A stretch of 64,000 nt of DNA from Octopus sinensis (Eukaryota): positions 135,408,001 to 135,472,000 of the forward strand of contig NC_042997.1 in the NCBI RefSeq assembly GCF_006345805.1. Direction: 5' to 3'. The notes beneath the pieces are model-generated. The model was not told where the DNA came from. It was given only the letters and a program-made list of their open reading frames with translations, and made no database searches. A program made the translations under genes and the position numbers. Below are positions 12,522-24,869 of this stretch, one piece after another (position 1 is the stretch's first letter; every line of letters begins with the position of its first letter).

Positions 12522-14066
12522 TCTCTATATATATAAAACTGAGAATGTCTGTCTGTCTGTGTGTTTCCTAAAACTTGAGAACTACACAACCAATTTCATT
12601 CCAATTTTACACATGCCTTACTTAGGGTCCAAGTAAGCTTTATGAGCAAAACAATTTTCCACGTCTTGCCTAGAGCGAGCCCATAGCAATATCATATGTT
12701 CTCCACTGTTTCAGTATTACGTGTTAAAAGTGAAACAAAACATTTCTCTATTTTGTCAGATGCTTTCACTTTAACAATGAAAATAATAACAATTGAATTA
12801 TATGTAGTAAGTAGTAATTAAAATCAAACTAAAGTATAATATAATCGTAACATAACAAAAGTAAAAATAGCAATTGGTATAAAATTGCATCAATGATTTG
12901 AACTTGAACAAGTGGTTTCACATGAATGGGAATAAATAAAAAATAAAATTAGCGTACAGAAATGGAATAGTCCAGATAGAGCTGTGCTTTTACATTAGAT
13001 TATCTGCTAATTAGCTAGCATTAAGTATCTATATGAAGTTTGCCTATATGTAATATGTGTTTTCTCGAACAGCCGCTTCTACAGAGCTGTTGGTTTATTT
13101 CTTATACATAAAGGAATAAAGCTTCAACTGCTTAATGCTTTCTGACTCATCGTAAGGTTTGTTGTTATTATTATTACTGTTTAACTATTGTTATCACGTT
13201 TGTTGGTTCCTCGTAAAGGAAACATTGTTGTGTTGCATTTGTTAAAATATTTGTAAACTCAAACCACCACCCCTTTGGGAGAAGGAGCTTTGTTTATTGT
13301 TTAAAAATTGAATTGTGTCCCTGTTTGGGGAAATTGACAATATTTTCACCGTTTACACGGAAGCATTTTTGTAAGAATGCCTTCGATAGATGAAAGTCCA
13401 AAAATGAATTTCACTGCAGCCGTCGGTAGGCGCGAACTCATTGAAATTAAAATGGAAGAAATACGGATTGATTACCGACAAAGACGGTGAATCTAGGATA
13501 ACACCACCAAACGAAATAAAAAAATTAAATTAAAGAAAAGACTATTGTCTATAAAGTATACAATGTAGAGAAAAAAAGATTTGAACACCTGGAGGAATGC
13601 ACCATCGAAAAGTGTCTTGGTGTGACTATGAAAGATATCTAATTAGAGGCAGTAAATTCGCCACAATAGAAGCATTGTTCGAGTCAACGGAGCGTGCAAG
13701 GGAGTACTCGACTCAAACCTTCCAAAGTGGAAATATTTTATTTTTACCTTTATATCTGGAACGTAGGACGTCCCGGATAAAATTTTAAAATGTCCCCCAA
13801 GAAGTAGAGGTAGGCTGGATTGTAGCCACCCTTCTATACAACAGGGAGGACAAGATACAATTGATCGAAATTGCAAGAGACGGGCCTACAATTCCAGTCT
13901 GTTATATATTTTGAGTATTGATATACTAGCGATATCAAGATATAACTTTGTATTTTATATGCAGATGTATATATATATAGATGTACATTGTAATATGTAT
14001 ACATATATATACACATATATACATGCACTAGCACTATGACCCGGCAACGAGGGCTCATAATGCTAG
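12522..14066 (+). mobile_element. Candidate non-autonomous Helitron
   Basis: Starts A^TC-TCTATATATATAAAA with a subterminal (GTCT)n. Ends with a GC-rich hairpin (ACCCGGCAACGAGGG) followed by CTAG^T. That the two ends belong to one element is inference. Confidence 0.45.
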
Positions 14067-14348
14067 TCTTCAATAAGACTGTCGATTGCTCCGTATTTGG
14101 CTTTGTAATGGGATTGTTTAGACAGGATAATAGAAATGTCGGTCTTGAATTTTGTTAAGGCGAGGTCCCATCGAAGTTTTGTTTCCTCCTCTGGTTCTCC
14201 TGTAATTTTTTAAAATTAGGTATTTCTATACAGCTATTTAATATAGCTACATACATATAATTATAAACACAAATACAAACATATACACACATATATATAT
14301 AATTATACACACACATACATATACATACATACATGCATACATACATAC

Positions 14349-14401
<53 letters not shown>

Positions 14402-14409
14402 AGGGGAAA

Positions 14410-14580
14410 ATTCACAAAAAAAAACAAAAGACAAAGACAGGTGGTGTAGACAAGAAGTAGATGTATTGGTTTAGCACTCGGGAAGTGAAAAAGTCTTTAA
14501 TGTTTCGAGCCTACGCTCTTCCTCAGAAAGGAAAACAGAAAGAAACAAAGAGAGAGAATAAAGAATGTGTCGTGGCTAGC
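14410..14580 (-). mobile_element. Penelope-like terminal repeat fragment with hammerhead-like motif
   Basis: Inverse copy of 9990-10160. The minus strand reads CTTT-CTGAGGA-A-GAGC-GTAG-GCTC-GAAA-CATT-AAAG. Confidence 0.55.
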
Positions 14581-15224
14581 GATCAATCATGGCGAATACC
14601 GGATAGAGGGGTCACACAGGAGAGCTAGGAATGAGGGGAGATAATAAAATAGTGGTGATCCTAAAACGAAGGTGCGCGTGCATTTATGTATAAGCGAGCA
14701 TGTATGAACGTGTGGAAGGGAGCCGTTGACCTTGACGTGTGTGTGTGTGCGTGTGTGCATGTGTAGGTGTGTGGATGATGGTGTGGTTTGAATCTTTTGA
14801 GCCTAAGTTTGAGTCTAAGTTTGAATATTTTGAGTACTGCTGTCTTCTATACTGAGAACCTCTGGATCTCATCTGTGGTCTACATACTCTCACACAGACA
14901 CACACGCGCGCTTATATACATAACTTAGATGTTTGAACCAAAGATAGGCCCAGGTTATGTCTGACATAAAATCACCACCTGATAGTATTTGCAAAGTCCT
15001 TTCTAATCGAGTTTTGTAGTATCAAAGATCCATTCAATTAGGGAGTTCTTGTTGAGTAAGTTGTATCGAAGTATAGCTGGCTTATCTGATACCCCTTGAA
15101 GAATGTGTCTAGATTCCATGTAAAGGTGATAGGATATTTTTGCCTCGTTGATTTCTTTCCGGACAATGTTAAATAGTGCAATGCTTGTTGATAGAAAGAA
15201 ATTGAGTTGCCATGTATACTCTCT

Positions 15225-15442
15225 TATACTCTTTTACTTGTTTCAGTCATTTGACTGTGGCCATGCTGGACCACCACCTTTAGTCTAACAACTCATTCTT
15301 TGTAAGCCTAGTACTTATTCTATCGTTCTCTTTTGCTGAACCGCTAAGTTACGGGGACGTAAACACACCAGTATCGGTTGTCAAGCGATGTTGGGGGAAC
15401 AAACACAGACACCCAAGCATATACACAAACATATATATATGC

Positions 15443-15535
<93 letters not shown>

Positions 15536-15715
15536 CATACATACATATATACGACGGGCTTCTTTCGGTTTCCCTCTACCAAATCCACTCACAGAGCTTT
15601 GGTCGGCCTGAGGCTATAGTAGAAAACACTTGCCCAAGGTGCCACACAGTGGGACTGAATCTGGAACCATGTGGTTCGTAAGCAAGCTACTTACTACACA
15701 GCCACTCCTACGCCT
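15225..15715 (-). mobile_element. Full-length SINE family A with expanded internal (TA)n
   Basis: Head AGGCGTAGGAGTGGCTGTGTAGTAAG...GGTTCCAGATTCAGTCCC, an internal (AT)n of about 100 bp, and the family tail. Confidence 0.9.
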
Positions 15716-17223
15716 ATGTAAGTAGGTATGTATATCTGGAGAAGTAGTATGCAAAAGCTTCTGAGATAGATTTCTATTTTAATTTAGTTACAATAAGTTT
15801 GTTATACAAAATTACTAGTCGTATGAAAATATAATAATTATGTCGAAAGTTAGTGCTTTTCAAAGTTTGTATGTGTAGCTGCACTCAGTGGAGAAATGGT
15901 ATACAACAGGATAAATTGCAAAATACTTCTCCGACAGTAAATTGATTGCGTTATATGTGTTATCGTGAAATTTTAATTCTCAACATCGTTAGTTATCTTT
16001 AGTTTGCAGCTAAGTGTATTTGATAGATCTAACGAAATATCTTTTAGCAATCGTGTATTGATCATATATTCATCCCCATACTTTATTTAATCGTAAATAA
16101 TCGAATATCCGTTTCCAGTGTAAAACTAATACCATTTTATTATCTAAAAATACCTTAAGAGAGCCTACCTACAAATAGGTCTGATGCAAAAGAATAGACG
16201 GTTTTTAATGCAACTTAATCCGTGTGTTATATGTATTATGTACACAAACTTTTCACGAAGTTCTTTTTCCACTCAAATACATTCTAATTGTTATTTTAAT
16301 TTGACTGACATAACAGTCGAACGGAGAAGTTGTTGGTATTTCATTATATTCTATGAGAGTTTATAAACTGGAACTTTGCAGGACTAAACTAAGGAATAAA
16401 TGATCTTTACGAATTAATTTAAAGAAATTACATTAAGGGAATCTCTCACATCAGTGTCCACTATTCATACTATTGTTCATTCGATAAACGATTCAGTTCC
16501 TTACAGTTACTATACTTAGAATAATTTAAATACGGATATTTTTTCTATTGTCTTTCTTGGTATTATGGCTTTGTCTCTGTAATCTACTGACTCGTTATAA
16601 CATTTCTCTGTAAACAATATTTTGAGGAGGAATTTAACTACCATATTACCAATACACCAATCACTCATCAACTTTACAGTATTCTGAATAGTAGTGAGCT
16701 ATAAATAGTTAACTTCTGCAAAGTAAACTGAGTTGGTTGCGCTAAGCATAAAATCATTAATACATTGTCTCGTAATCAATACTCTACTACACACATCACA
16801 TTGAAAACATACTCTTCCACTGCATTTAGTGATTATGCGATTATCAGCAAATATTATTGTCCAGTTCACAGTTTACCTTATATTTTATAATCTCCAATTT
16901 AATTGTGTTGCATTTCTAGAATCATGTTTACATAAGTCGTACATTTTGTGAGGATAGGCTGTGATTAGCTGGAATATATTTACATGATTAAAAAATGGAT
17001 CAATAGTATGCAGCACAATCGTTTTTTTTTTCTTTTTTTTTTTAGTTTACTGCCGAATATCTGCTCAACAGTTTCTCAAAAACTGCAATCAAGAATGCAT
17101 ATTATTTGAATGCTACATAGACTTTGTTATACTATCCATGTCAGAAACAATTGTGGTATATCAAAATCAGGGAATTGCCTGAGTGCATGTAGCATCCTTT
17201 TCTTACGTTGTAAGCAGAAATGT

Positions 17224-17520
17224 AGGTTCCTTCTCGAACCATGCCTGGCTCATAAGGGCCGGTTTCCCGGTTTCCTTAGCGTATAGGTTCCCCACCTGGA
17301 CGAGATGCCGGTCTGTTGCAGGTGAGCTGCAAGATGCAGGAGGAAAGAGTGAGAGAATGTTGTGGCGAAAGAGTCAGCAGAAGTTCGCCATAACCTGACG
17401 GAGCCGCGTGGAACTTAGGTGTTTCGCTCATAAACATATACATCGCCCGGTCTGAGATTCGAACACGTGAACCCTCGACCGCGAGTCCGCTGCTCTAACC
17501 ACTAGGCCATGTGCCTCCAC
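17224..17520 (-). mobile_element. tRNA-derived SINE, family C
   Basis: Head GTGGAGGCACATGGCCTAGTGGTTAGAGC...GTTCGAATCTC with clear A and B boxes. A second copy lies at 38621-38930. Confidence 0.9.
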
Positions 17521-17528
17521 TCCAGTCA

Positions 17529-17747
17529 CATTAGGGCCGGTTTCTCGGTTTCAGTGGCGTAGAAATTCCCCACCTGGACGGGACGCCAGTCCGTCGCAGG
17601 ATTACTCATTTTTGCCACCTGAATGGAGTGGAGCAACGTGAAATGAAGTGTTTTGCTCAAGAATACAACGCATCGCCCGGTCCAGGAATCGAAACCACAA
17701 CCTTACGATCATGAGTTCAACACGCTAACCACTAAGCCACACGCCTC
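17529..17747 (-). mobile_element. tRNA-derived SINE, head/core D with family C-type tail
   Basis: Head TGGCTTAGTGGTTAG...GTTTCGATTCC and core TTCTTGAGCAAAACACTT are shared with 51873-52207. Tail CCAGGTGGGGAA...GAAACCGGCCCT is shared with family C. Confidence 0.85.
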
Positions 17748-19236
17748 GATAGAAATGTAGGCGGTATGGAATTACCTTCCGTTTTGTAGAGTCCAGAACT
17801 ACCACCAAATGTAAATATGGAAGTAAATGGAAATAAATAAATGGAAATAGCTGTTATGTATAAAATTATAAATGTAATCAAATGAAAATCAGCGTTGCTC
17901 TGATATTATATAACAAAAACATAAAAAAGTTTTCAGTAAACACTCAGAGAAAATACAGTTAGTGGGCATAAGAAAAATCAGACAATATCTATTATGTTAC
18001 TTAATTAGCTACTACTAAATTTCTGCAACTAACATAAACTACTGAAACTTTATTTCTATACTATCTATAAACTTTTGTGGAGACTCACAGAAGTTATTTA
18101 CACCAACGATGATATTTTAATATCTCCCGGGATATTTTTTATTTATCTGTATTATACTTTGGGTAAAAATATAATATAAGATCTGAACTAGATGAATGAG
18201 GAAATGTTTAATTCATATCTATATGCATATGTATATGTATATATATATATATATATATATTATACTATGATAAATCACATTGTCTGTCTTTAGCAAATCA
18301 AAACAAACATAAAGTTAAATAGAAAAAGGAAATCACATAGTCTTATGGGGTGATCTAACACAGTATATTAATAAAGCAATGGTATTAGCATCCCAAGTGA
18401 CCAGTATGCAATCTTTATATATGTAAGATAGGAAATATGAAGAAAATTTTAAAAGACATACGATATAAAGAAAACCCCTGTGTAAACATCGTGAATATAT
18501 ATGAAATTAAAAATCGCACTATTTTTTTATTCATTAGTCATAATTTCCATTAAGGTGAAATAATAATATTTTTTGATAAAGCAGAAATATTGATTCTTTA
18601 TCTAAAGAATTTGAGGTTTCTTTTTATGATGATATATTAAATCAAAACTATAATATATTATATTTATTTTATCCACGGTTTTCCGATTTTCTTTCAAAGT
18701 TCACACTTTCGGTGTATTATCTTATGATACACAGAATCGAAAATATTTATTGCATTATATTTAATATTGGTGAAGTGAAACTACCGTGTTCTTTTTATCT
18801 AGTCATGGAAGAAGAGTTAGGAACCATGGCGGAATATTTGAAACGAAATAGCATTACTTGATATTTCTAAATATATATATATTGGAACGCTTCTCATATA
18901 TATATATATATATAATGGGACGCGTCTTACTTGCCATTGAGTCTATAGCGGCAAATTATGTATATGTAGAGAGAGAGAGAAAGAGGGAGAGGGAGGAAGA
19001 GAGAGGGAGCTGAGCTAAAAAAAACTTATCTCCACGCGTGTTAAATGATAATGTTTAAATAAAACATCGACAATTCTTCCTTATACGAAATGATGTAACG
19101 GCGGACGAGGTGAATTAAGTCTATTTTAAGGTTAACATGTTGAACTATGAACGAAGAAGTATGACTTCTTTCTCTTCAATTATTTTGAAATATAATATAT
19201 ATATATATATATATATATAGGTACTAGGTTTACAAA

Positions 19237-19277
<41 letters not shown>

Positions 19278-19347
19278 CATATACACACACACGCACACAC
19301 ACACACACATATATATATATATGTGTGAATATATATATATATATACA

Positions 19348-19386
<39 letters not shown>

Positions 19387-19387
19387 G

Positions 19388-19595
19388 CGTGTGTGTATTT
19401 GTGTTTGTCTCCCCCCATCGCTTGACAACCGATGCTGGTGTGTCTGTGTCCATGAAACTTAGCGGTGCGGCAGACGATCAGATAGAATAGGTACTAGGCT
19501 TACAAAGAATAAGTCCTGGGGTCGATCTGTTCGACTAAAGCCGGTTCTCCAGCATGGCCGGAGTCAAATAACTGAAACAAGTAAAAACTAAAAGA
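19388..19595 (+). mobile_element. 3' half of SINE family A
   Basis: CATCGCTTGACAACCGATGCTGGTGTG...CAGCATGGCCG.AGTCAAATAACTGAAACAAGTAAAA, the inverse of the family A copies. Confidence 0.85.
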
Positions 19596-19699
19596 ATATA
19601 TACATATATATATACGCCCCTACAAAATGTATTCATATGCACCACCACCCCAGACACACTGAGAATATGCATGTGTGTGTATATATATGTGTATATATA

Positions 19700-19915
19700 T
19701 GTATATAAAAATGTGACCTCATGTGTAACGTTCGCGATTTTTTTTCCTCTGTCTTCCCTTCTCTGGATCTTTCCTTCTCCTATGTTTCCGACGAAGAGCT
19801 CCGCTCAAAACGTTAAACCCTCCTTCTTTCCTTCTTTCCTGAGCGTCCAATAATACTATATTTGTTCCACGTCCTCGCGTTGTTGTGTTTTTTTGTGCTT
19901 TCTCGTTTGGATTAA
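19700..19915 (+). mobile_element. Second Penelope-like terminal fragment with hammerhead-like motif
   Basis: GTTT-CCGACGA-A-GAGC-TCC-GCTC-AAAA-CGTT-AAAC in a pyrimidine-rich context similar to 9990-10160. Confidence 0.45.
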
Positions 19916-19935
19916 CTTTATATATATATATTATT

Positions 19936-20161
19936 TATAATTATTGAATGGAAGAAATGGAGCTGAACGAAGATTCTACAGAATTCCTTTTATTACATTC
20001 TACACATTTTTCAAAGGCCACAAATTTCCAAATTCTGATTGAATAAGGATACCATATTGCAGAATTTGGAAATTTGTGGCCTTTGAAACATGTGTAGAAT
20101 GTAATAAAAGGAATTCTGTAGAATCTTCGTTCAGCTCCATTTCTTCCATTCAATAATTATA
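19936..20161. repeat. Foldback/MITE-like long inverted repeat (102 bp arms, 22 nt loop)
   Basis: 19936-20037 is the reverse complement of 20060-20161 with one mismatch. Begins and ends in TA. Confidence 0.95.
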
Positions 20162-20317
20162 TTAAACTTCAATTATCCGCGCCAACGCACGGTTGCAACA
20201 CCCTATGGTCATAGCTCCAACCGTGTTTTTTCTGCTGTGATTTTTGCTACCCAGGTATCGGTTTTAACTTTTGAATATTCCGTAACAAGATAATTCATCT
20301 TTCCATTTCAACAAATA

Positions 20318-20367
<50 letters not shown>

Positions 20368-20423
20368 ATATTATATATATATATATATATTATATAATAT
20401 ATATAAATAAATATATATACATA

Positions 20424-20491
<68 letters not shown>

Positions 20492-20809
20492 GTCATATCT
20501 AATTATGTGGTTTAGATATGCACATTTCGTGACAAGCACTTTGGTGAAAGTCGGAGGAGGGCGAAATGTTTTTAAGGTCATTAACTTTGTTTGAGAAGGG
20601 TCATGACACATTGGCCTATGTATTTGTCACTTAAGTATGTGGATGTACATATGTGTGTCCGGACGTGTGTGTCCATGCGTGTCGCTTTGTTCAGATAGAA
20701 GTGAGTTTAATGAATATTCTGTTTGTTTAAGTGAAATATTAAGATATGTGTCTGCATGTGTGTGCCTGTGTTTGTGTGTGTGTCTATGTGGGTGTCTATG
20801 TGTGTGTCT

Positions 20810-20907
20810 GTTTGATAGATAGATTGATCGATAGATCGATAGATAGGTAGGTAGGTAGGTAGGTAGGTAGGTAGGTATGTAGGTAGTTAGATAGATAGAT
20901 AGATAGG

Positions 20908-20981
<74 letters not shown>
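20810..20981. repeat. (GATA/GGTA)n tract abutting the Tx1 LINE 3' end
   Basis: Directly visible. Reads (ATCT)n immediately after AATAAAGAAACT on the minus strand. Confidence 0.95.
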
Positions 20982-20982
<1 letters not shown>

Positions 20983-21379
20983 TTTCTTTATTAGCCACAC
21001 AGGGCTGCACACAGATAGAACAAATTATAAGGTAGAGCTTTTCTTTTGAAGGTTTAAAAAAAAAAAAAAAAAAGCAAAGGGGGGAGTTTCGATCAAAAGG
21101 ATCGTAAAAGGGGAGAAAGAGGACAAAAAAGGGGGGGTGGGTTAAAAAAAGGGGGGAGGAGGAAAAAAAAAATTGATCAATAGGGATCGTTATCACAGAA
21201 ATGTCAATATGAAGTGTAAAGGGGAGGATAGGTGAGGTTTACCCGTGGAAAGAAAAGCCTACGGAAAAGACCACGGTAACCTCGGTCAATGAAGTCACAT
21301 TTTATATTTCTTTTTTTTTTTTTTTTTTTTTGCAAATAAGCAAATCTCTTGTTTTCAATTCTGGGTTCATAGGATTATG

Positions 21380-24300
21380 CTCAAGGTGGCTTCGTCATTC
21401 ATACGTGCCATTCTTGCTACATTCACCCATCTTTTTTTAAAACATTCGCTAGAAAACTTGCCTCTCTACTCTCACTTTCCTTTTCAAGTGGTACTTGAAG
21501 AAGTTGATGAGAGATTGACCAGAGAGGAAAGTGTTTATCTCCAACCTTTTCAGACGCGGTCCACCAGATACATTCTTTCGCCATAGCCACAAGGATGATG
21601 AAAATAGCTCTTCCTTCCCGTTTGAAGGAAGGAGGCGTGACAATATTGACGATAGACTCAGCTGATAAACCGATTCGTCCCACACGTGACAGCAGTTGTT
21701 CGACATAAGCCCACAAGTCGGAAATTGTTGGACACTGAACGACTGCGTGCAGAACGCGTGTCTCGTCGTCTGATCGCATCTCGGGCAGGTCGGCCCCGTG
21801 TTTCTCGAGCCGTGTCTGTAGAGCTTATCCCGAACGGTAGCGCTTCTCGGTAGCACTGCCAGGCCAGGGATCTCTGGAAGTTGTCCATGGGCCCTGGCCC
21901 GAAAGTCGTCCTGAACAGGCGGGTCAGGTACTCCTCGTCGACGTCCAGGTTCGCCCCGAGCTCGTCGTCGTACCTCCCCTCCACTAAACCCCTAAGAATG
22001 CTTGGTTGTGTTGAAGTCACTTAAGGTCGACCCAGGACGGCAGAGTTGCTTGAGAGCAACGCGACACTCGCGGTGCCATTCGCCCTTCCTCGGCCTCTTT
22101 TTGATCCACGACTGCAGTTCGGTCATGGAGACGAGCTGCGGGAAGCGTGCCTCACAAACGGCGACCACACCTGTTCACCGTCGTCTACATAGAGCCAGAG
22201 ATGTCGCAGTCTCAGCGCGTATCTGCGCATCATCACCACGGCATGCCCAGCCCTCCTTTTAACGGGTGTTGACAGCAAATGGATCGCCTGACCATCGGGA
22301 CGCATCCTTTCCACAATAAGCGAAAGAGAATGCGTTGTAGTTTGTGATGGTAGGGTCGGGACAAGGTACGACGGTCAGGCGGTAGTAGATGACGGACGCG
22401 ATGTACGTGTTCGCCACCCTCCGCTCGACCTTTTGGACAGTTTCCTCTCGGCCCATTGCCGGCGAGAGTGACCACCCTACTCGTTATCTCGTTCCAGTTC
22501 TTCTCCACTTGGAGGTCCGGACCAAACCAGACCCCGAGCAACTCAACCGGGCCGTCGGTCCAGCGTCCCACGACGGAGGCGCTGGTGGACGGCATGGGCT
22601 TGCTTCTCCAGGTGCCTAGTCGCAAGCCCACTGACATTTCCCGGTTGATTTTCGCTCCTGTCACCGCTTCGTAGTTTTTCAGTGTCTCGCCGACCAGCTC
22701 GATGTGCTCGTGGCTAGACACTATGACGGTGACGTCGTCGTCCGCGTATGCAGACACGCTCGTCCCGCATCCCAATTCTCGCGGGATGCCCCTTAGAGTC
22801 GCCAGCTTCCGCAGTAGTGGCTCAAGAGTCAATACGTATAGAAGCGCCGAGAGGGGGCATCCCTGACGGACCGAACGTGCAATGTCGAAAGGTCTCGATA
22901 GATGTCCATTTACGCGAATTACCGAACCGACGGATGCCTCTGTACAAGGCAGCTATCCAGCCGCGGAAGACGGGACCGAAACCAGCCGCTCTCAGGACTG
23001 CCTCCAAGTATCGATGGTCTACCCTATCAAAGGCTTTCGATTGATCCAAGTTGATCAGGGGCCCCACCCATGCCAGGTTCGTTAACTACCCTGTCTATGA
23101 TGTAGCGCATCAGATGGAGGTTGTCATGGATGGTCCGGCCTGGCACGGGCGCACGTTTGCGCCTTGTCGACCAGTTTCTCTCTCGATGACAAGCGCCAAC
23201 CTCTTGGCTAGCACACCTTGGCCAAAATTTTCAAGTCTGCATTGAGCAGAGTGATGGGCCTAAATTTATCTATTACATTTCCCTTGTTTAGATCTTTCTT
23301 CAGCAGTGTTACGGCTCCTCGGCTCACAAAACCAGGAATGCTCCCGTTTTGCTGCCAGTTGCAGTACACCGCCGCCAAGAGATCTCCAACAAGTCTGGCA
23401 TACAATTGTAAAGCTCGTAGGGTAGACCATCCAAACCCGTGATTTGTGTCCCTCGAGCATTCTGCCATCGCTTCCTGCACTTCCGCCGCCGTGATGGCAC
23501 CTTCGCAGCACCCTGCCCTGCTTTCTTGTCGAGAGTCGTGGTAGGCTATGTAGGTAGGCACTGAAGTCCACCCTACGTTCTTGCCCTCCACTCGTTCCGA
23601 ACAGTCGGGCAAAATGCTGCTGAAAGACCTCACACATTTTACTTGGCTCGAGCAATTCGCGCCCCTGTTCGTCTACCAGTGACCGAATGGTGGCTTTGTT
23701 GCCCTGTTGCGCCTCTGCCACCCGGCCTCTCTCGCGCGGCTCCAACACCTTCGTTCCTTAGAGCACGCATCCTAGCTCTGACAGCACATCCTTCGTGTTT
23801 GGCGTTGAAGTGTTGGTCGAGGGCCAACCTCGCCGCCAAACGTCGGATGCGATGCCGCTTCTAATTGCCTCTTCTAGCTTCTTAACTAGCTCACCCTCTA
23901 CTCTATTTCTATCTATGGCTAGTGCTTTGGCTGTACCTAATCGCTTCTGCTTTTACTGCTCTCTTGAGGGCAAACCACCATTTGTTGTTGATGATGGCTC
24001 CCGTCAAAGCCCTCTTTACTAGTGTGCTAATCCGGTCTCTGAAACCTGTCTCGATGGGAAAGACGCGTTTAGTTTCCAGTATCCGGGACCTGCCTAAGTG
24101 TCTTACCTAAGTCTAGCGTACATGTCACAAGTTTGTGATCCGTGTAGCTGACTATGTGGAATTGTGGACATCCTATGCTATCTCTATCTACTGTCCTACA
24201 CAGTATCCTATCTAGATACGATCTCGACGACCCGATGCGGTTGCTCCATGTCCACGTTGGCGCATTCGGTGGTCTAGTCGGAACCTGTCAGACAGTTGAA

Positions 24301-24816
24301 AGCGTCTGAGCAGGTCTCTGAGGCATTTGCAACCCCCGTCTATTCCTATCTCTACCCACGTAGTCTACATGCGTGTTCCCAAGGTAGCATTCCAATCCCC
24401 ACTAAGAGTAAAGGACGAGACGTTCCCAAGAATACTTCTAGACGTTGAAAGAAATCCGCCCGACCTGTTAAGGGCGGTGCGTAAAACTGATACGAGTCGA
24501 AAAGCGCACCCATTGCTGCCGTCGACATCCAGGACGACCAGTCTACCCTCCGGGTCTACGAATATTGTCCTTACTTTGAGATCCAGACTCTTGTGAAAAA
24601 GTACCGCGGTGCCACTACCGCCCATTCTCGGCAGACAGGGGGAAAATAAATGTTGAACTGTCCGCCAAACATGGTCTTTAGGGCCCGCGGATTGTGGAGT
24701 CTGGTCTCACTTATGGCTATGATTTCTAACTTATGTGACTTTATGTCATTTAAGAGGTACCCTTGCTTCCAAGGGGACCCCAAGCCACGCGCATTTACAC
24801 AACCAATCTTGATCAT
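21380..24816 (-). pseudogene. Tx1 ORF2 (APE-RT-zf), multiply frameshifted
   Basis: MIKIGCVNARGL...ISETR, GDWNA, YLDRI, TDHK, FRPITLLNADLKILAK, LDQSKAFDRVDH, SVRQGCPLS, AYADD, GGLG, and TCPRC...HA..QCP motifs, spread over many short ORFs. Confidence 0.92.
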
Positions 24817-24869
24817 AGTTCTAATGAATTAGAATACAGAGGGTTACTTACTGCTCGAAAGTTTTTGCT

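Noticed and set aside
13378-13490. Short ORF MPSIDESPKMNFTAAVGRRELIEIKMEEIRIDYRQRR
   Set aside because: Only 37 codons, with no recognisable homology or convincing splice sites.
17440-17520. tRNA-like sequences here and at 38621 and 51873
   Set aside because: They have A and B boxes but no complete cloverleaf, and they continue into SINE bodies. They are SINE heads, not tRNA genes.
18805-18861. Acceptor-like site followed by MEEELGTMAEYLKRNSIT*
   Set aside because: Too short, terminates immediately, and has no homology evidence.
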